Assembly (NCBI GenBank): GCA_016872285.1
Contig: VGZZ01000001.1
Span: 34,236-98,235 of the forward strand
Reading direction: 5' to 3'
From: SAR202 cluster bacterium
GTDB taxonomy: Bacteria; Chloroflexota; Dehalococcoidia; Lucifugimonadales; GCA-2712585
Length of the DNA: 64,000 nucleotides
Part shown: positions 46,200 to 55,441 of the stretch, piece after piece
How positions within the stretch are numbered: the stretch's first letter is position 1
Layout of the letters: each line of letters begins with the position of its first letter
Position numbers and translations under genes: made by a program
Notes under the pieces: model-generated
What the model saw: the letters and a program-made list of their open reading frames with translations, nothing else
The model's database searches: none
Told to the model about the DNA's origin: nothing

Positions 46200-46315
46200 T
46201 TTTTACTATCTAATCGGATAGCTTGGTTTAGTTAATATTAGTAACTTGCCTTTACTATTTATTACTAACCTGTGTTTACTATTTATCATTAATAGCCTGA
46301 CTAATAGCCTGCCTT
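46200..46315. promoter_or_regulatory. AT-rich upstream region with short direct repeats (candidate operator/promoter of the 46095<-39864 module)
   Basis: TTTACTAT(T/C)TA occurs at 46202, 46251 and 46275. TAATAGCCTG occurs at ~46290 and ~46302. The base composition is far more AT-rich than the surroundings. Confidence 0.35.
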
Positions 46316-46411
46316 CAAGCGTCCGCCCTCGTCGCCTTTGCCTAAACCGTCAGTGGAGCATCCCATTTCAGCTGGCTCTCAGCCAAGCAGAGCACCACTT
46401 GCTTCCTTGCG

Positions 46412-47125
46412 TTAACCCCTGGACGCCGCCACTTCCTCCACTCCCCATAACCCCCGCACCCTCATCAACCCTTTCGCCTCTCCGTGCCATCCATGCCGGT
46501 CTAAAAGCACCGGTGTTATCCCTACCGCCCTGGCTCCCTCCACATCCGAGTAAACTTGGTCTCCCACATGCAGCGCCTCATTAGGCTCCACCCCAGCCTT
46601 TCGCAGCGCCGTTAGGAACACCAGGGGGTGCGGCTTTTCCTCCCCCACCTCCTTGGACGTGACGCAGAAGTCCAAGTACTCGCCCAGCCCCATTTCTTTC
46701 ACCATAGGCCCCATATCCCTGTTCAAGTTGGATATAACGGCCAGTGTAAGCCCCCTCTTCTTCAGTGCCCTCAGCACCGGCGCAGCATCCTCATACGCCG
46801 CGAACTCCCTGGGCACCAGCGTCGTCAACCGCCACACCTGCCTCGCCAGCGGCAGCGTCACCGCCAGACCGGCCCCCAGCAGCACCATCTGTTCGTAGCG
46901 AGCGAAAAACTCCCCTCTGTCCTCTTCCGACCGCCCCGCCAGCGACGCCCTAGCGTTTTCACGATTGAAATAGTCGTCCGCGACGTGATACCCCTTGAGA
47001 ATCCCTTCCCTGGTCACTGACAGCCCAATCTCTCGACAAGCCGCCACCTGGATTTCTTCCACTGGCGGCCAGAACCTCGCCAGCGTGTTATAAAAATCGA
47101 AGAATACAGCCTTGATCTTGCTCAT
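46412..47125 (-). CDS. HAD-family hydrolase (haloacid-dehalogenase-like motif I variant D-x-Y-x-T)
   Basis: AVFFDFYNTL (compare FDAYGTL in type II HAD dehalogenases). AVISNL is motif II, and VGDQVYSDVEGA is motif IV. Confidence 0.7.
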   Translation of the reverse strand: MSKIKAVFFDFYNTLARFWPPVEEIQVAACREIGLSVTREGILKGYHVADDYFNRENARASLAGRSEEDRGEFFARYEQMVLLGAGLAVTLPLARQVWRLTTLVPREFAAYEDAAPVLRALKKRGLTLAVISNLNRDMGPMVKEMGLGEYLDFCVTSKEVGEEKPHPLVFLTALRKAGVEPNEALHVGDQVYSDVEGARAVGITPVLLDRHGWHGEAKGLMRVRGLWGVEEVAASRG

Positions 47126-47152
47126 GGCCTGATTCTAGCACGCCTGGTACGC

Positions 47153-47854
47153 TCACGCCTCCCGCGCCACAGTCAGCCCCCATACCGCATCCGCTCCCCT
47201 ATCCTTCAACGCCGCGCTGCAGGCCGCCAGCGTGCTGCCTGTTGTGCATACATCATCGATAACTAGTACCCGCTCTCCCCGCAAATCTCCGGACGCCTCG
47301 AAAGCTCCCTGCGCGTTCCTGGCCCTCTCCCCTCGATTCGCCACCGACACCTGCGGCGCCGAGTTCTTTGTCCTCTTTAGCCATCCAGGCTCCACCCTTA
47401 GTCCCGTCAGCCTCCCCACCTCCCTGGCCACCAGCTCCGACTGGTTATATCCCCGTTCCCGCAGCTTTCGACGGTGCAGCGGCGCCGGCACTATAACCGT
47501 CGCGTCGATAGGATTGTCACCGAGACATCTAGCCAGAAGCCCGCCTAGCTCCGGCGCGAGCGCCCTGTAGTAACGGTATTTCAGATTGTGAATCGCTTCC
47601 CTGATCACGCCCTCCATTCTATACGGTGAGCGCACCCCGTCTATGCCCAGCGGCGATTCCCCGCATCGACGGCATGGGTCACCTTCGTCAGGTTGAGCGC
47701 AGATTCGGCAGTACGGTGGCTCTAAGCGAGGCAATGCGGACTGGCAGTCCAGGCAAATTCCCGCGCCTTCTCTGCCGCAGCCCAGGCACCGCATCGACAG
47801 CAACAAGTCCAATGTCGCTTTAGCAACTCGCCTCAGAAGCAAAGGACCGTCCAT
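47153..47854 (-). CDS. comF: ComF-family protein (double zinc ribbon plus phosphoribosyltransferase domain)
   Basis: CLGCG...CLDC...CRIC...CRRC followed by the PRTase motif VLVIDDVCTTGST. The start is set at ATG 47854, next to the upstream stop. Confidence 0.75.
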   Translation of the reverse strand: MDGPLLLRRVAKATLDLLLSMRCLGCGREGAGICLDCQSALPRLEPPYCRICAQPDEGDPCRRCGESPLGIDGVRSPYRMEGVIREAIHNLKYRYYRALAPELGGLLARCLGDNPIDATVIVPAPLHRRKLRERGYNQSELVAREVGRLTGLRVEPGWLKRTKNSAPQVSVANRGERARNAQGAFEASGDLRGERVLVIDDVCTTGSTLAACSAALKDRGADAVWGLTVAREA

Positions 47855-47856
47855 GG

Positions 47857-48576
47857 CTAAAAGCGGAAGGATACCTTGCGATAGGCTTCGGCGTACTCGT
47901 AACCCGCCTTTTTGCCCATGTCCTTGGCCCAGTCTCGCAGCCACTTCTCCGTATCGTCGCTGGATAGGCCGCCCACCTGGCTATCGTGTTTCTTCAGGGC
48001 CTCCACTTTCAGTTCCAGCGTATCGGTTATGTCAATATACGTATCGCACTCTTCAGCGCCCCAAAACAATATCGTTGGCGTCTTATGAGGCTCCAGCCCC
48101 TCCTTCTCGTGCTCGGCGTAGTGGAGTCTGTCCCGGGCGTAGGGAAACACCGCGTCCTGTGTGACAATGCCGGTGATTCGGTGGTCCCTATGAAAATAAA
48201 ACGTGCGCCTGTAGGGGTCAGGGCAAATTACTACATCCGGCTTGAACCGCCGTATCGCCAGCACAATCTGCCCTCTAAACTCCCGCGTCTCCTCCAGTTC
48301 TCCGTCAGGATGTCCCAGCGGCACCACGTCCTTCACCCCTAGAACCGCAGCCGCATCCATCTGCTCCTTTAACCGTATCTTGGCTAATCTCTTGTGTGTC
48401 ATCTTCGGGTCCTCGGACCCCTTTCCCCCGTCAGTGCAGAGCACGTAATACGCCTCCGCGCCCGCTTTCACCCACTTGGCCACGGTGCCACCGCATGATA
48501 TCTCCGCGTCGTCCGGGTGCGGCGTTACCACAAGGACTCGCTTAGGCGTCTCCTCCACTCGTGTCTCCTGCATCAT
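47857..48576 (-). CDS. PIG-L/LmbE-family N-acetylglucosaminyl deacetylase (MshB/BshB-like)
   Basis: VLVVTPHPDDAEISCGGT is the signature motif, and HRDH is present downstream. Confidence 0.8.
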   Translation of the reverse strand: MMQETRVEETPKRVLVVTPHPDDAEISCGGTVAKWVKAGAEAYYVLCTDGGKGSEDPKMTHKRLAKIRLKEQMDAAAVLGVKDVVPLGHPDGELEETREFRGQIVLAIRRFKPDVVICPDPYRRTFYFHRDHRITGIVTQDAVFPYARDRLHYAEHEKEGLEPHKTPTILFWGAEECDTYIDITDTLELKVEALKKHDSQVGGLSSDDTEKWLRDWAKDMGKKAGYEYAEAYRKVSFRF

Positions 48577-48691
48577 TGTTAGCGAAAAGCTACTCTGCTA
48601 TAATCGCCCAGTAGTGTCAAGCTGGCGATTGTATCCGATACCCTGTTAGGAAACCCCTGGAAAATTCTAGCGATAAGTATTCCTATCTACT

Positions 48692-49618
48692 TTGTGTACT
48701 GAACATCTATCGATACGCGCCTTCCGATGGGCTGACCTCCCCGCCCTCCTAAAGCTGGAAAATAGTCTTCGACGTGCCGCCGGCGACCCCGCTCCTGCCA
48801 GCGAAAAGTTGCTGAAAGAGTACCTTCGGTTGCCCAACCTTCACGTGGAGGATAACCTTTTTCTTTGCCTCATCCATGACACCCTGAACGGCGCCGCCCT
48901 CGTCATCACGGAGCTTAGGATCCGCCGCGCCGTTCTAGACTTGAAAGTGTTGCCGGATAGCTCTCGCCCGGTCGTGGAACAGGCCTTGATTCGTGCCGCT
49001 TTAAAACGGGCCGGGGATCTTGGCGCGGCTATGATGCACGTGCAGAAGCCGTCGGAGCCCCACTGGCGCGCCGCCCTATCCCGGGAAGGCTTCCAGCCAT
49101 GCCGACTCTACTGGACCATGCGTTGGAACGTGCAAGACACGCCCCAGCCGGACCTCCCGGAGGGGTACTCTTTTAGCGCCTATCGAGGCTCCGAGGACGC
49201 CAAAATCCTTACTCAGATACAAAATGCAGCCTTCACCGGCAGTTGGGGCTTCTCTCCCAACACGGAGGAAGAGATCGAATACCGGGCGTCCATGAGCATT
49301 ACGCCGCCTCAGGGCATCATCTTCCTAAAGGACAATCATAAGGTGGCCGGGTACTGCTGGACCTTCGTGCTGCCTCGCCGGGAAGCCTTGGTAGGCATCA
49401 TATCCATGATCGGCATCCAGCCGGACTACCGCGCGAAGCGTCTGGGCCGCCCCCTCCTCCAGCAAAGCCTCTGCTATCTGACATCCAAAGAGGTATCGGC
49501 TGTGGAGTTGGAAGTGGACTCAGGCAATCGTCCCGCTGTAAGCCTCTACCAGTCCCTGGGCTTCGAAAAAGTTGCGGAAACTCAGTGGTTTGAGGCTTCC
49601 CTTGCGTCGGCGTCCTGA
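48692..49618 (+). CDS. tandem-GNAT N-acetyltransferase (MshD-like architecture)
   Basis: 308 aa with two acetyltransferase halves. The second carries the acetyl-CoA loop (PDYRAKRLGRPLL). Confidence 0.65.
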   Translation: MCTEHLSIRAFRWADLPALLKLENSLRRAAGDPAPASEKLLKEYLRLPNLHVEDNLFLCLIHDTLNGAALVITELRIRRAVLDLKVLPDSSRPVVEQALIRAALKRAGDLGAAMMHVQKPSEPHWRAALSREGFQPCRLYWTMRWNVQDTPQPDLPEGYSFSAYRGSEDAKILTQIQNAAFTGSWGFSPNTEEEIEYRASMSITPPQGIIFLKDNHKVAGYCWTFVLPRREALVGIISMIGIQPDYRAKRLGRPLLQQSLCYLTSKEVSAVELEVDSGNRPAVSLYQSLGFEKVAETQWFEASLASAS

Positions 49619-50280
49619 GTTGCTTTAGACACAACCTGCGTAGCGCCGTAGTCCTTGATGTGCTCCGGCAGCACCGATCCAGCCGAAAGCACCATTCTCA
49701 TAGCTTCATCCACGCTCAAGTTTGTATGCGTGACTTCTTCTTCGGGTAGCACCGCTATCCATCCCGAGTTTGGCAGCGGGCTGTTTGGTATGTATACCAC
49801 AGTCATCGGCCTGTTGCCCGGATCTACATAAGACGCCGTCACAAATCCAATCGTCTTCAACCCCTGCCGCGGCCACTCTACCATGACTACACGGCTATAA
49901 CGAAAGCTCCCCTGAGCATTCGATAGCGCGTCGACCGTTTGACGCGCCGTTCGATAAATCGGCCTTACGATTGGTATAAGGTCCGCCAGGTGATGCCCAA
50001 AATCTATTATCCGTCTCCCAATAACGTAGCTTGCTATAACCCCGGCTAGATAAATGATGATAAAGAATAGGACTAAGCCCACCCCAGGAATATCTCTGCC
50101 GAATATCCGCTCAATTATCTTTCTCAGATTGGGATCGATGAGATCAAAGACGAATTTAAGGACAAGGTACGTGGCTGCTAACGGTAGGATGACCAGCAAA
50201 CCCGACACCATACGCTCTCGTATGTGATTGCCCATCCTCCCCACTGCCCTGGTAGGTCTAGGCTCTTCCTGTGTCATCAT
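49582..50280 (-). CDS. DUF502-family membrane protein
   Basis: GLLVILPLAATYLVLKFVFDLID and a second TM segment fit DUF502 by recollection. Confidence 0.6.
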   Translation of the reverse strand: MMTQEEPRPTRAVGRMGNHIRERMVSGLLVILPLAATYLVLKFVFDLIDPNLRKIIERIFGRDIPGVGLVLFFIIIYLAGVIASYVIGRRIIDFGHHLADLIPIVRPIYRTARQTVDALSNAQGSFRYSRVVMVEWPRQGLKTIGFVTASYVDPGNRPMTVVYIPNSPLPNSGWIAVLPEEEVTHTNLSVDEAMRMVLSAGSVLPEHIKDYGATQVVSKATQDADAREASNH

Positions 50281-51494
50281 CTAGATGAGTTCTCAGTCAC
50301 AAGCCCGTTATATAATTCCCCCACCTTGCTCGCCACCGTGTCCCAGCCCATAGAGCTTGCCCTTTCCAGGGCAGCTTGGCTCATAGTCTTCCTCAAGTCC
50401 TCGTTCCCCAGAACAATAGACAAGGCGTCCGCATAGGGCTCCGGGCAGCGCCACGGCAGCAAGTATCCAGTCTGGCCGTGCTTCACCACCGTCGGAAGCC
50501 CTCCCACCCGGGCGGCCACCACCGGAGTGCCGCAGGCCATGGACTCCAGCGCCACTAGACCAAAACTTTCGTAATAGGACGGCACTACGCAAATATCGGC
50601 TGCGGAAAAGTACGTCGGGAGAAGCTCCCGGTCCACTCGGCCTACAAACTTCACACGTTGAGATACACCCATCTCTTCGGAAAGGGACTTCAGCCGCTGG
50701 ACCTCTTTATCCTGGCTCAGGTCCCCGCCGACAATCAGCACCTTGATCCTATCCTCTACCTCCATGGTCGCCGCTATTCGAAGCAGCAGGTCCACGCCTT
50801 TCAGCGCCTCAATGCGCCCCACGTACAGCAGCACCTTCTCCCCGTTCAGTCCCAGCCTGTGCCGCGCTTCCTTCATATCCAGCGGCTTAAATAGAGACAG
50901 GTCTACTCCGCAATATACTAGTCTAATCTTGTTCCTGTCTGCTTGGTAGAGATTGACCATCGCCTCAATTTCGTGACGGCTGGAAGCGGTTACAGCGTCG
51001 GCCTTGGCTAAAAGTTGCCTCTCTATGGCCGTGCGATATGGCGGTTCCTTCTCCCCCGGCCTCGCCCGCTTCTTCAACTCTGCCAGCGTGTGGAAGGTCA
51101 TCACCATGGGCGCTTTATCCCGACGAGATAGGCATTGCCCCACCAGGCCGGACATCCAGTAATGGGCATGAATCAAGTCGTATCGAATGCCATTCTGTGC
51201 CTGAAAGTCAAAAATGCGCTGCGCGAAACGGTGTACCCCCGGATACAAACCTTCTAACTCCGCATCCTCCGGCCCTCCATCCAGGTGAACAATTCTTACA
51301 CTGTCCCCTAGGCTTACGATATCCTGATTCTGCCCCTTGTGGCGGCGAGTGAAAATATCCACCTGCATGCCCATGGCGCCCAGGTTCCTGGACAGCTCCC
51401 GAACGTAAACGTTCATACCCCCAACCTTGCCCGCTCCAGGCGCTAATCCAGGGCAGGTGTGGAAGCTCACCATAGCCACCCGCAGGTTGCTCAC
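50277..51494 (-). CDS. GT4 glycosyltransferase, MshA-like
   Basis: [27 protein letters not shown]...[31 protein letters not shown] and [30 protein letters not shown] parallel the MshA motif set. Confidence 0.8.
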   Translation of the reverse strand: MSNLRVAMVSFHTCPGLAPGAGKVGGMNVYVRELSRNLGAMGMQVDIFTRRHKGQNQDIVSLGDSVRIVHLDGGPEDAELEGLYPGVHRFAQRIFDFQAQNGIRYDLIHAHYWMSGLVGQCLSRRDKAPMVMTFHTLAELKKRARPGEKEPPYRTAIERQLLAKADAVTASSRHEIEAMVNLYQADRNKIRLVYCGVDLSLFKPLDMKEARHRLGLNGEKVLLYVGRIEALKGVDLLLRIAATMEVEDRIKVLIVGGDLSQDKEVQRLKSLSEEMGVSQRVKFVGRVDRELLPTYFSAADICVVPSYYESFGLVALESMACGTPVVAARVGGLPTVVKHGQTGYLLPWRCPEPYADALSIVLGNEDLRKTMSQAALERASSMGWDTVASKVGELYNGLVTENSSR

Positions 51495-52471
51495 CCTCTA
51501 GTCACCGTCATGGTATAAAGCGGCTTATCCTCTCCGCCCAGGTCGTACTTATACGGCTCGTTGCCTCGCAAGAAATCGTAGTAATCCTTTCCTTCCTCTA
51601 TGGCATCCTTCACGGTAAACGCCTTCAAAAGCAACCCCACACTGTAAAAACCGTAGTCTTGATTATACCCGCTATTGTATAAAAACCTAGAGGCGCCATA
51701 GTCGAAGCACAGAGCGGAGGCTACCCGCTTGCCCTCCACCTCCATAAAATAAAGCCGCATCACGTCCAGATCTCCCATCTCTCTCCCAATGCCCCTGAAA
51801 AACCTTTCCCTCTCCGGCGTCAGAAACCTATGCTTCGTCTCGCGGCTCATCTTCAGCAGGCTGAAGAAATCGTCCATCGCCCCCTCTATCTCCTCCGGCG
51901 ACCGTAATGCGTACCACTTCACTCCGGGCGCGGTATCCAGCCGGCGCAGCTTCCTGCGAAGCTCATGGCGGTTTTTCTTCGATAGGCTGTTCACATACTC
52001 ATCCCAGGTCTTAGGAAGCGCCTTGCCCGGGCACACCTCGTCCTGCACAACCTCCACTCGATAGCCCTTGCCGCGGGCTATGTCCGGGAAGAGCCCTAAG
52101 GTAGGCGACGAGTGGTTCAACGAATAGAGTTCCAGCGTGTGCCATTCCAGGCTCCCCAGGTGTTCCACCAGCTCCCGGTAAAAAACCTCTTCCTGGCCGC
52201 GCGGCACCAGGAAGTCGTTGTAATCGCACACGTTCTTGTCTCCCACAAATGTCAGTACGCCGTTCCCGCTCCGTAGCGACGCCATCCCTTCCATCCCATT
52301 GTCGCCGCCGACTCGAAGAAAACACAACCGCTCCCCCTTGCCCAGCTCTTCCCACCACGCTCTCTGCCATTGCGGCGTCTGGAATAAGGTGTTGACGGCG
52401 CTGCGCGGCAATAGTCTATTCCACTCCGCCGACACCTCATCGAAAGAGCTATGGCATTCGACTGAAGACAT
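51491..52471 (-). CDS. CelD/BcsL/FemAB-like GNAT-fold acyl/aminoacyl transferase (Acetyltransf_6-like)
   Basis: 326 aa. FQTPQWQRAWWE at the N-terminus and overall length match this family by recollection. Confidence 0.55.
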   Translation of the reverse strand: MSSVECHSSFDEVSAEWNRLLPRSAVNTLFQTPQWQRAWWEELGKGERLCFLRVGGDNGMEGMASLRSGNGVLTFVGDKNVCDYNDFLVPRGQEEVFYRELVEHLGSLEWHTLELYSLNHSSPTLGLFPDIARGKGYRVEVVQDEVCPGKALPKTWDEYVNSLSKKNRHELRRKLRRLDTAPGVKWYALRSPEEIEGAMDDFFSLLKMSRETKHRFLTPERERFFRGIGREMGDLDVMRLYFMEVEGKRVASALCFDYGASRFLYNSGYNQDYGFYSVGLLLKAFTVKDAIEEGKDYYDFLRGNEPYKYDLGGEDKPLYTMTVTRG

Positions 52472-53035
52472 CTAAGCGGCCCGCAGCATGTTCATAAGTT
52501 CGGCTGAACTCATCTGCCCCTTGGGGAACGGGCCTCGCACCGCGCTGGTCATGATTCTGCTCCCCTGATTGCGCACTCCCCGCATAGTCATGCACATGTG
52601 TTCCGCCTCCACAATCACCGCCACCCCATGGCAGTCCAGGCCTAGCTGAATCGCGTCGGCCAGCTGCGACGTCATGCGCTCTTGAAGCTGCGGCCTCCTC
52701 GCCACAATCTCCAGCGCTCTTATCAGTTTGCTGGCCCCGCACACCTTTCCCTTGGGGATATACCCAATCTGCGCCGCGCCATAGAAGGGCAGCAGATGGT
52801 GTTCGCAGATCGAGAAAAACGACACGTCACGCAAAACAACCGCATTGGACTCCCCGCTGTCCTCGAAAAGCGCGGTGAAAGCCTCCGCTGGGTCTAGCCC
52901 TACGCCGGAGAACAGTTCACTGTACATCCTGGCGACTCTCGACGGCGTATCCTTTAGCCCCTCCCTGGACGTGTCCTCGCCAATGGCGGCCAGAATAGCC
53001 GCCACGCTCTGGCGTATCTTCTCCTCCTTGATCAT
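52472..53035 (-). CDS. folE: GTP cyclohydrolase I
   Basis: FFSICEHHLLPFYG and VVEAEHMCMTMRGV are FolE signatures. Confidence 0.9.
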   Translation of the reverse strand: MIKEEKIRQSVAAILAAIGEDTSREGLKDTPSRVARMYSELFSGVGLDPAEAFTALFEDSGESNAVVLRDVSFFSICEHHLLPFYGAAQIGYIPKGKVCGASKLIRALEIVARRPQLQERMTSQLADAIQLGLDCHGVAVIVEAEHMCMTMRGVRNQGSRIMTSAVRGPFPKGQMSSAELMNMLRAA

Positions 53036-53062
53036 GTTCCCCCTGCTTTAGGTTGCCCAATT

Positions 53063-54124
53063 CTAGGCCGAAGGGATCAGCAACGCCGCCTCAACCTCCT
53101 CCAGCCGCGGCGAGACCTCTATCATCTCCGAGCGTATGGAACGCGCCGCCAGGTCCGGGTCTTTAAGACCTGAGCCGGTGATTATACACACTATGCGGCT
53201 TCCCTTTAGCTCCCAGCCCGCCCTGTATAGCTTCATAAGTCCCGCTACGCTGGCCGCCGACGCCGGCTCACAGAAAATTCCCTCCGACGCCGCCAGTTTA
53301 TGATAGGCCTCCAAAATCTCATCGTCATTAACTGAGTCGATGATTCCCCCCGAGTCATCCCTCGCCTTGATCGCCGCCTGCCAGCTCGCCGGGTTCCCAA
53401 TCCTGATAGCCGACGCCACCGTCGATGGGTTCTCAACTGGGCGTCCCTGCACAATCGGAGCTGCGCCCTCGGCTTGGAATCCCATCATTCGAGGCAAAGA
53501 GCGGGCCTTACCCTTGCCTTTGTATTCGACAAACCCTTTCCAGTAGGCCGTAATATTTCCCGCGTTACCCACAGGTATACAAACATAATCCGGCGAGTCG
53601 CCTAACTCATCCACAACCTCAAAGGCAGCAGTCTTCTGGCCTTCCAGCCTGTTGGGATTGACCGAATTGACCAGCGTTATCGGATGCCTCTCCACCAGAG
53701 TCCGAACCATGGTAAGCGCTTGGTCAAAGTTGCCGTTGACCACCAGCACCCTCGCGCCGTAAGCCCTGGCCTGGGCCAGCTTGCCAGCGGCTACGTTCCC
53801 CTTAGGCACCAGCACCGTCACAGGCACGTCGAAACGTGCGCCGTAAGCCGCCGCCGCCGCGCTGGTGTTGCCCGTGGAGGCGCAGATGATCCCGCGGCTT
53901 CCCTCCTCCAGTGCCTTCGCTACCGCCACCACCATCCCCCGGTCCTTAAAAGAACCCGTGGGATTGCACCCTTCCAGCTTGAAATAAAGCTCTAGCCCGC
54001 CCATTTCCGCCGCCAGGCGCGTCGAGCGCACTAGCGGTGTGTCACCCTCCCCCAGGGTTATCTCAGGCGTCTTTTCCGTGACAGGCAAATATTGGCTATA
54101 TCTTTTGATTACCCCTTTTGGCAT
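53063..54124 (-). CDS. thrC: threonine synthase
   Basis: NPTGSFKDRG contains the PLP lysine, and a GNAGN loop is present. It sits next to hom. Confidence 0.9.
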   Translation of the reverse strand: MPKGVIKRYSQYLPVTEKTPEITLGEGDTPLVRSTRLAAEMGGLELYFKLEGCNPTGSFKDRGMVVAVAKALEEGSRGIICASTGNTSAAAAAYGARFDVPVTVLVPKGNVAAGKLAQARAYGARVLVVNGNFDQALTMVRTLVERHPITLVNSVNPNRLEGQKTAAFEVVDELGDSPDYVCIPVGNAGNITAYWKGFVEYKGKGKARSLPRMMGFQAEGAAPIVQGRPVENPSTVASAIRIGNPASWQAAIKARDDSGGIIDSVNDDEILEAYHKLAASEGIFCEPASAASVAGLMKLYRAGWELKGSRIVCIITGSGLKDPDLAARSIRSEMIEVSPRLEEVEAALLIPSA

Positions 54125-54133
54125 ATCGCTTTT

Positions 54134-55441
54134 TCAGGTAGGCATTTCCTCTATTCTTATCAGATTGCTTACCTCTGTCACCACCTTCAGTCTCTCCATC
54201 TGTTCCACGGACTTTTGCACCGCCGAGTGTTTAGAAGGGTGCGTGGTAATCACTATCTCCGCTGTTCGATTCTCTAAATCTGTGTCCTTCTGAATTATAT
54301 TAGCAATGCTTATATTCAAATCCCCCAGGACCCGGGTGATCTGGGCCAGCACTCCGGCCCGGTCCGCCACCTTCAAGCGATAGTAACAGCGGCTCTCGAT
54401 TTCCGCCATATTCTTCACCCGCAGCTCCTTCTCCATAGTCGGCGTCGATGGCGGCGGCGCCTTCGTAGCGATGCGCCTCGCGATCTCCACCACATCTCCC
54501 AGCACGGCGCTCGTGGTCGGCCCCTGCCCCGCTCCCAGGCCGTGGAACACTGCCCTGCCCAGCAAGTCCCCTTCCACCTCAATAGCGTTAAACGCGCCGC
54601 CCACCTTCGCCAGAAGATGTCGTTCAGGCACAAGCGCCGGATGCACCCTGGCCTCTATGGTGTGGCTGTTTCGCTTGGCTATGGCTAGCAGCTTAATCGC
54701 GTAGCCCAGTTCGCTGGCGTACCGGAAGTCCCTGGCATGTAGCCTGGTAATTCCCTCCCTGAACACCTGCTGCGGCGAAACCCTGGAATGAAAGGCTAAA
54801 GTCGCTAGGATCGACAGCTTATACGCCGCATCCACCCCTTCCACGTCGTTGAACGGGTTAGACTCGGCGTAGCCAAGCTTCTGCGCCAGCGCTAAGGCGT
54901 CGCCCGCCTCCATGCCCTTCTCAGCCATGTTGGTCAGGATAAAATTTGTGGTGCCGTTTATGATGGCGTGGATGGAGTGAATGTCATTAGCCGTCAGGTC
55001 TCTGGTCAGCGGGCCGATGATCGGTATCGCCCCCCCCACCGCTCCCTCGAACAGCAGCCCCGCCTTGCTCGACCGGGCAAGCTCGAATAGCTCCGGCCCT
55101 TGCTGCGCCACCAGGTCCTTATTCGCTGTCACTACGTGCTTTCCAAGCTTCAACGCCCGCTTTATATAGTCTCCCGCCGGCTCTACCCCCCCCATCAGCT
55201 CCACTACTATGTGTACCGACGGGTCTGACAGCACATCCTCAACTCTGCCCGTCACCAGCGATGGCTCAATCTCGAGAGAACGCGGCTTGTTAACATCCCT
55301 AACCAGAACCCTTCTCAGCGACAGCAGCCCTCCGGCCCTAAATGACAGAGCATCTTTTTGAGCTGCCAGCGCCCCAGCCACACCTCCACCCACTACACCC
55401 AACCCGAGAAGACCTATCCCAATGGATTGCTGGCCTTTCAA
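54134..55441 (-). CDS. hom: homoserine dehydrogenase with C-terminal ACT domain
   Basis: GLLGLGVVGGGV NAD motif, VVTANK, and an ACT-like tail (YYRLKVADRAGVLAQIT). Confidence 0.9.
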   Translation of the reverse strand: MKGQQSIGIGLLGLGVVGGGVAGALAAQKDALSFRAGGLLSLRRVLVRDVNKPRSLEIEPSLVTGRVEDVLSDPSVHIVVELMGGVEPAGDYIKRALKLGKHVVTANKDLVAQQGPELFELARSSKAGLLFEGAVGGAIPIIGPLTRDLTANDIHSIHAIINGTTNFILTNMAEKGMEAGDALALAQKLGYAESNPFNDVEGVDAAYKLSILATLAFHSRVSPQQVFREGITRLHARDFRYASELGYAIKLLAIAKRNSHTIEARVHPALVPERHLLAKVGGAFNAIEVEGDLLGRAVFHGLGAGQGPTTSAVLGDVVEIARRIATKAPPPSTPTMEKELRVKNMAEIESRCYYRLKVADRAGVLAQITRVLGDLNISIANIIQKDTDLENRTAEIVITTHPSKHSAVQKSVEQMERLKVVTEVSNLIRIEEMPT

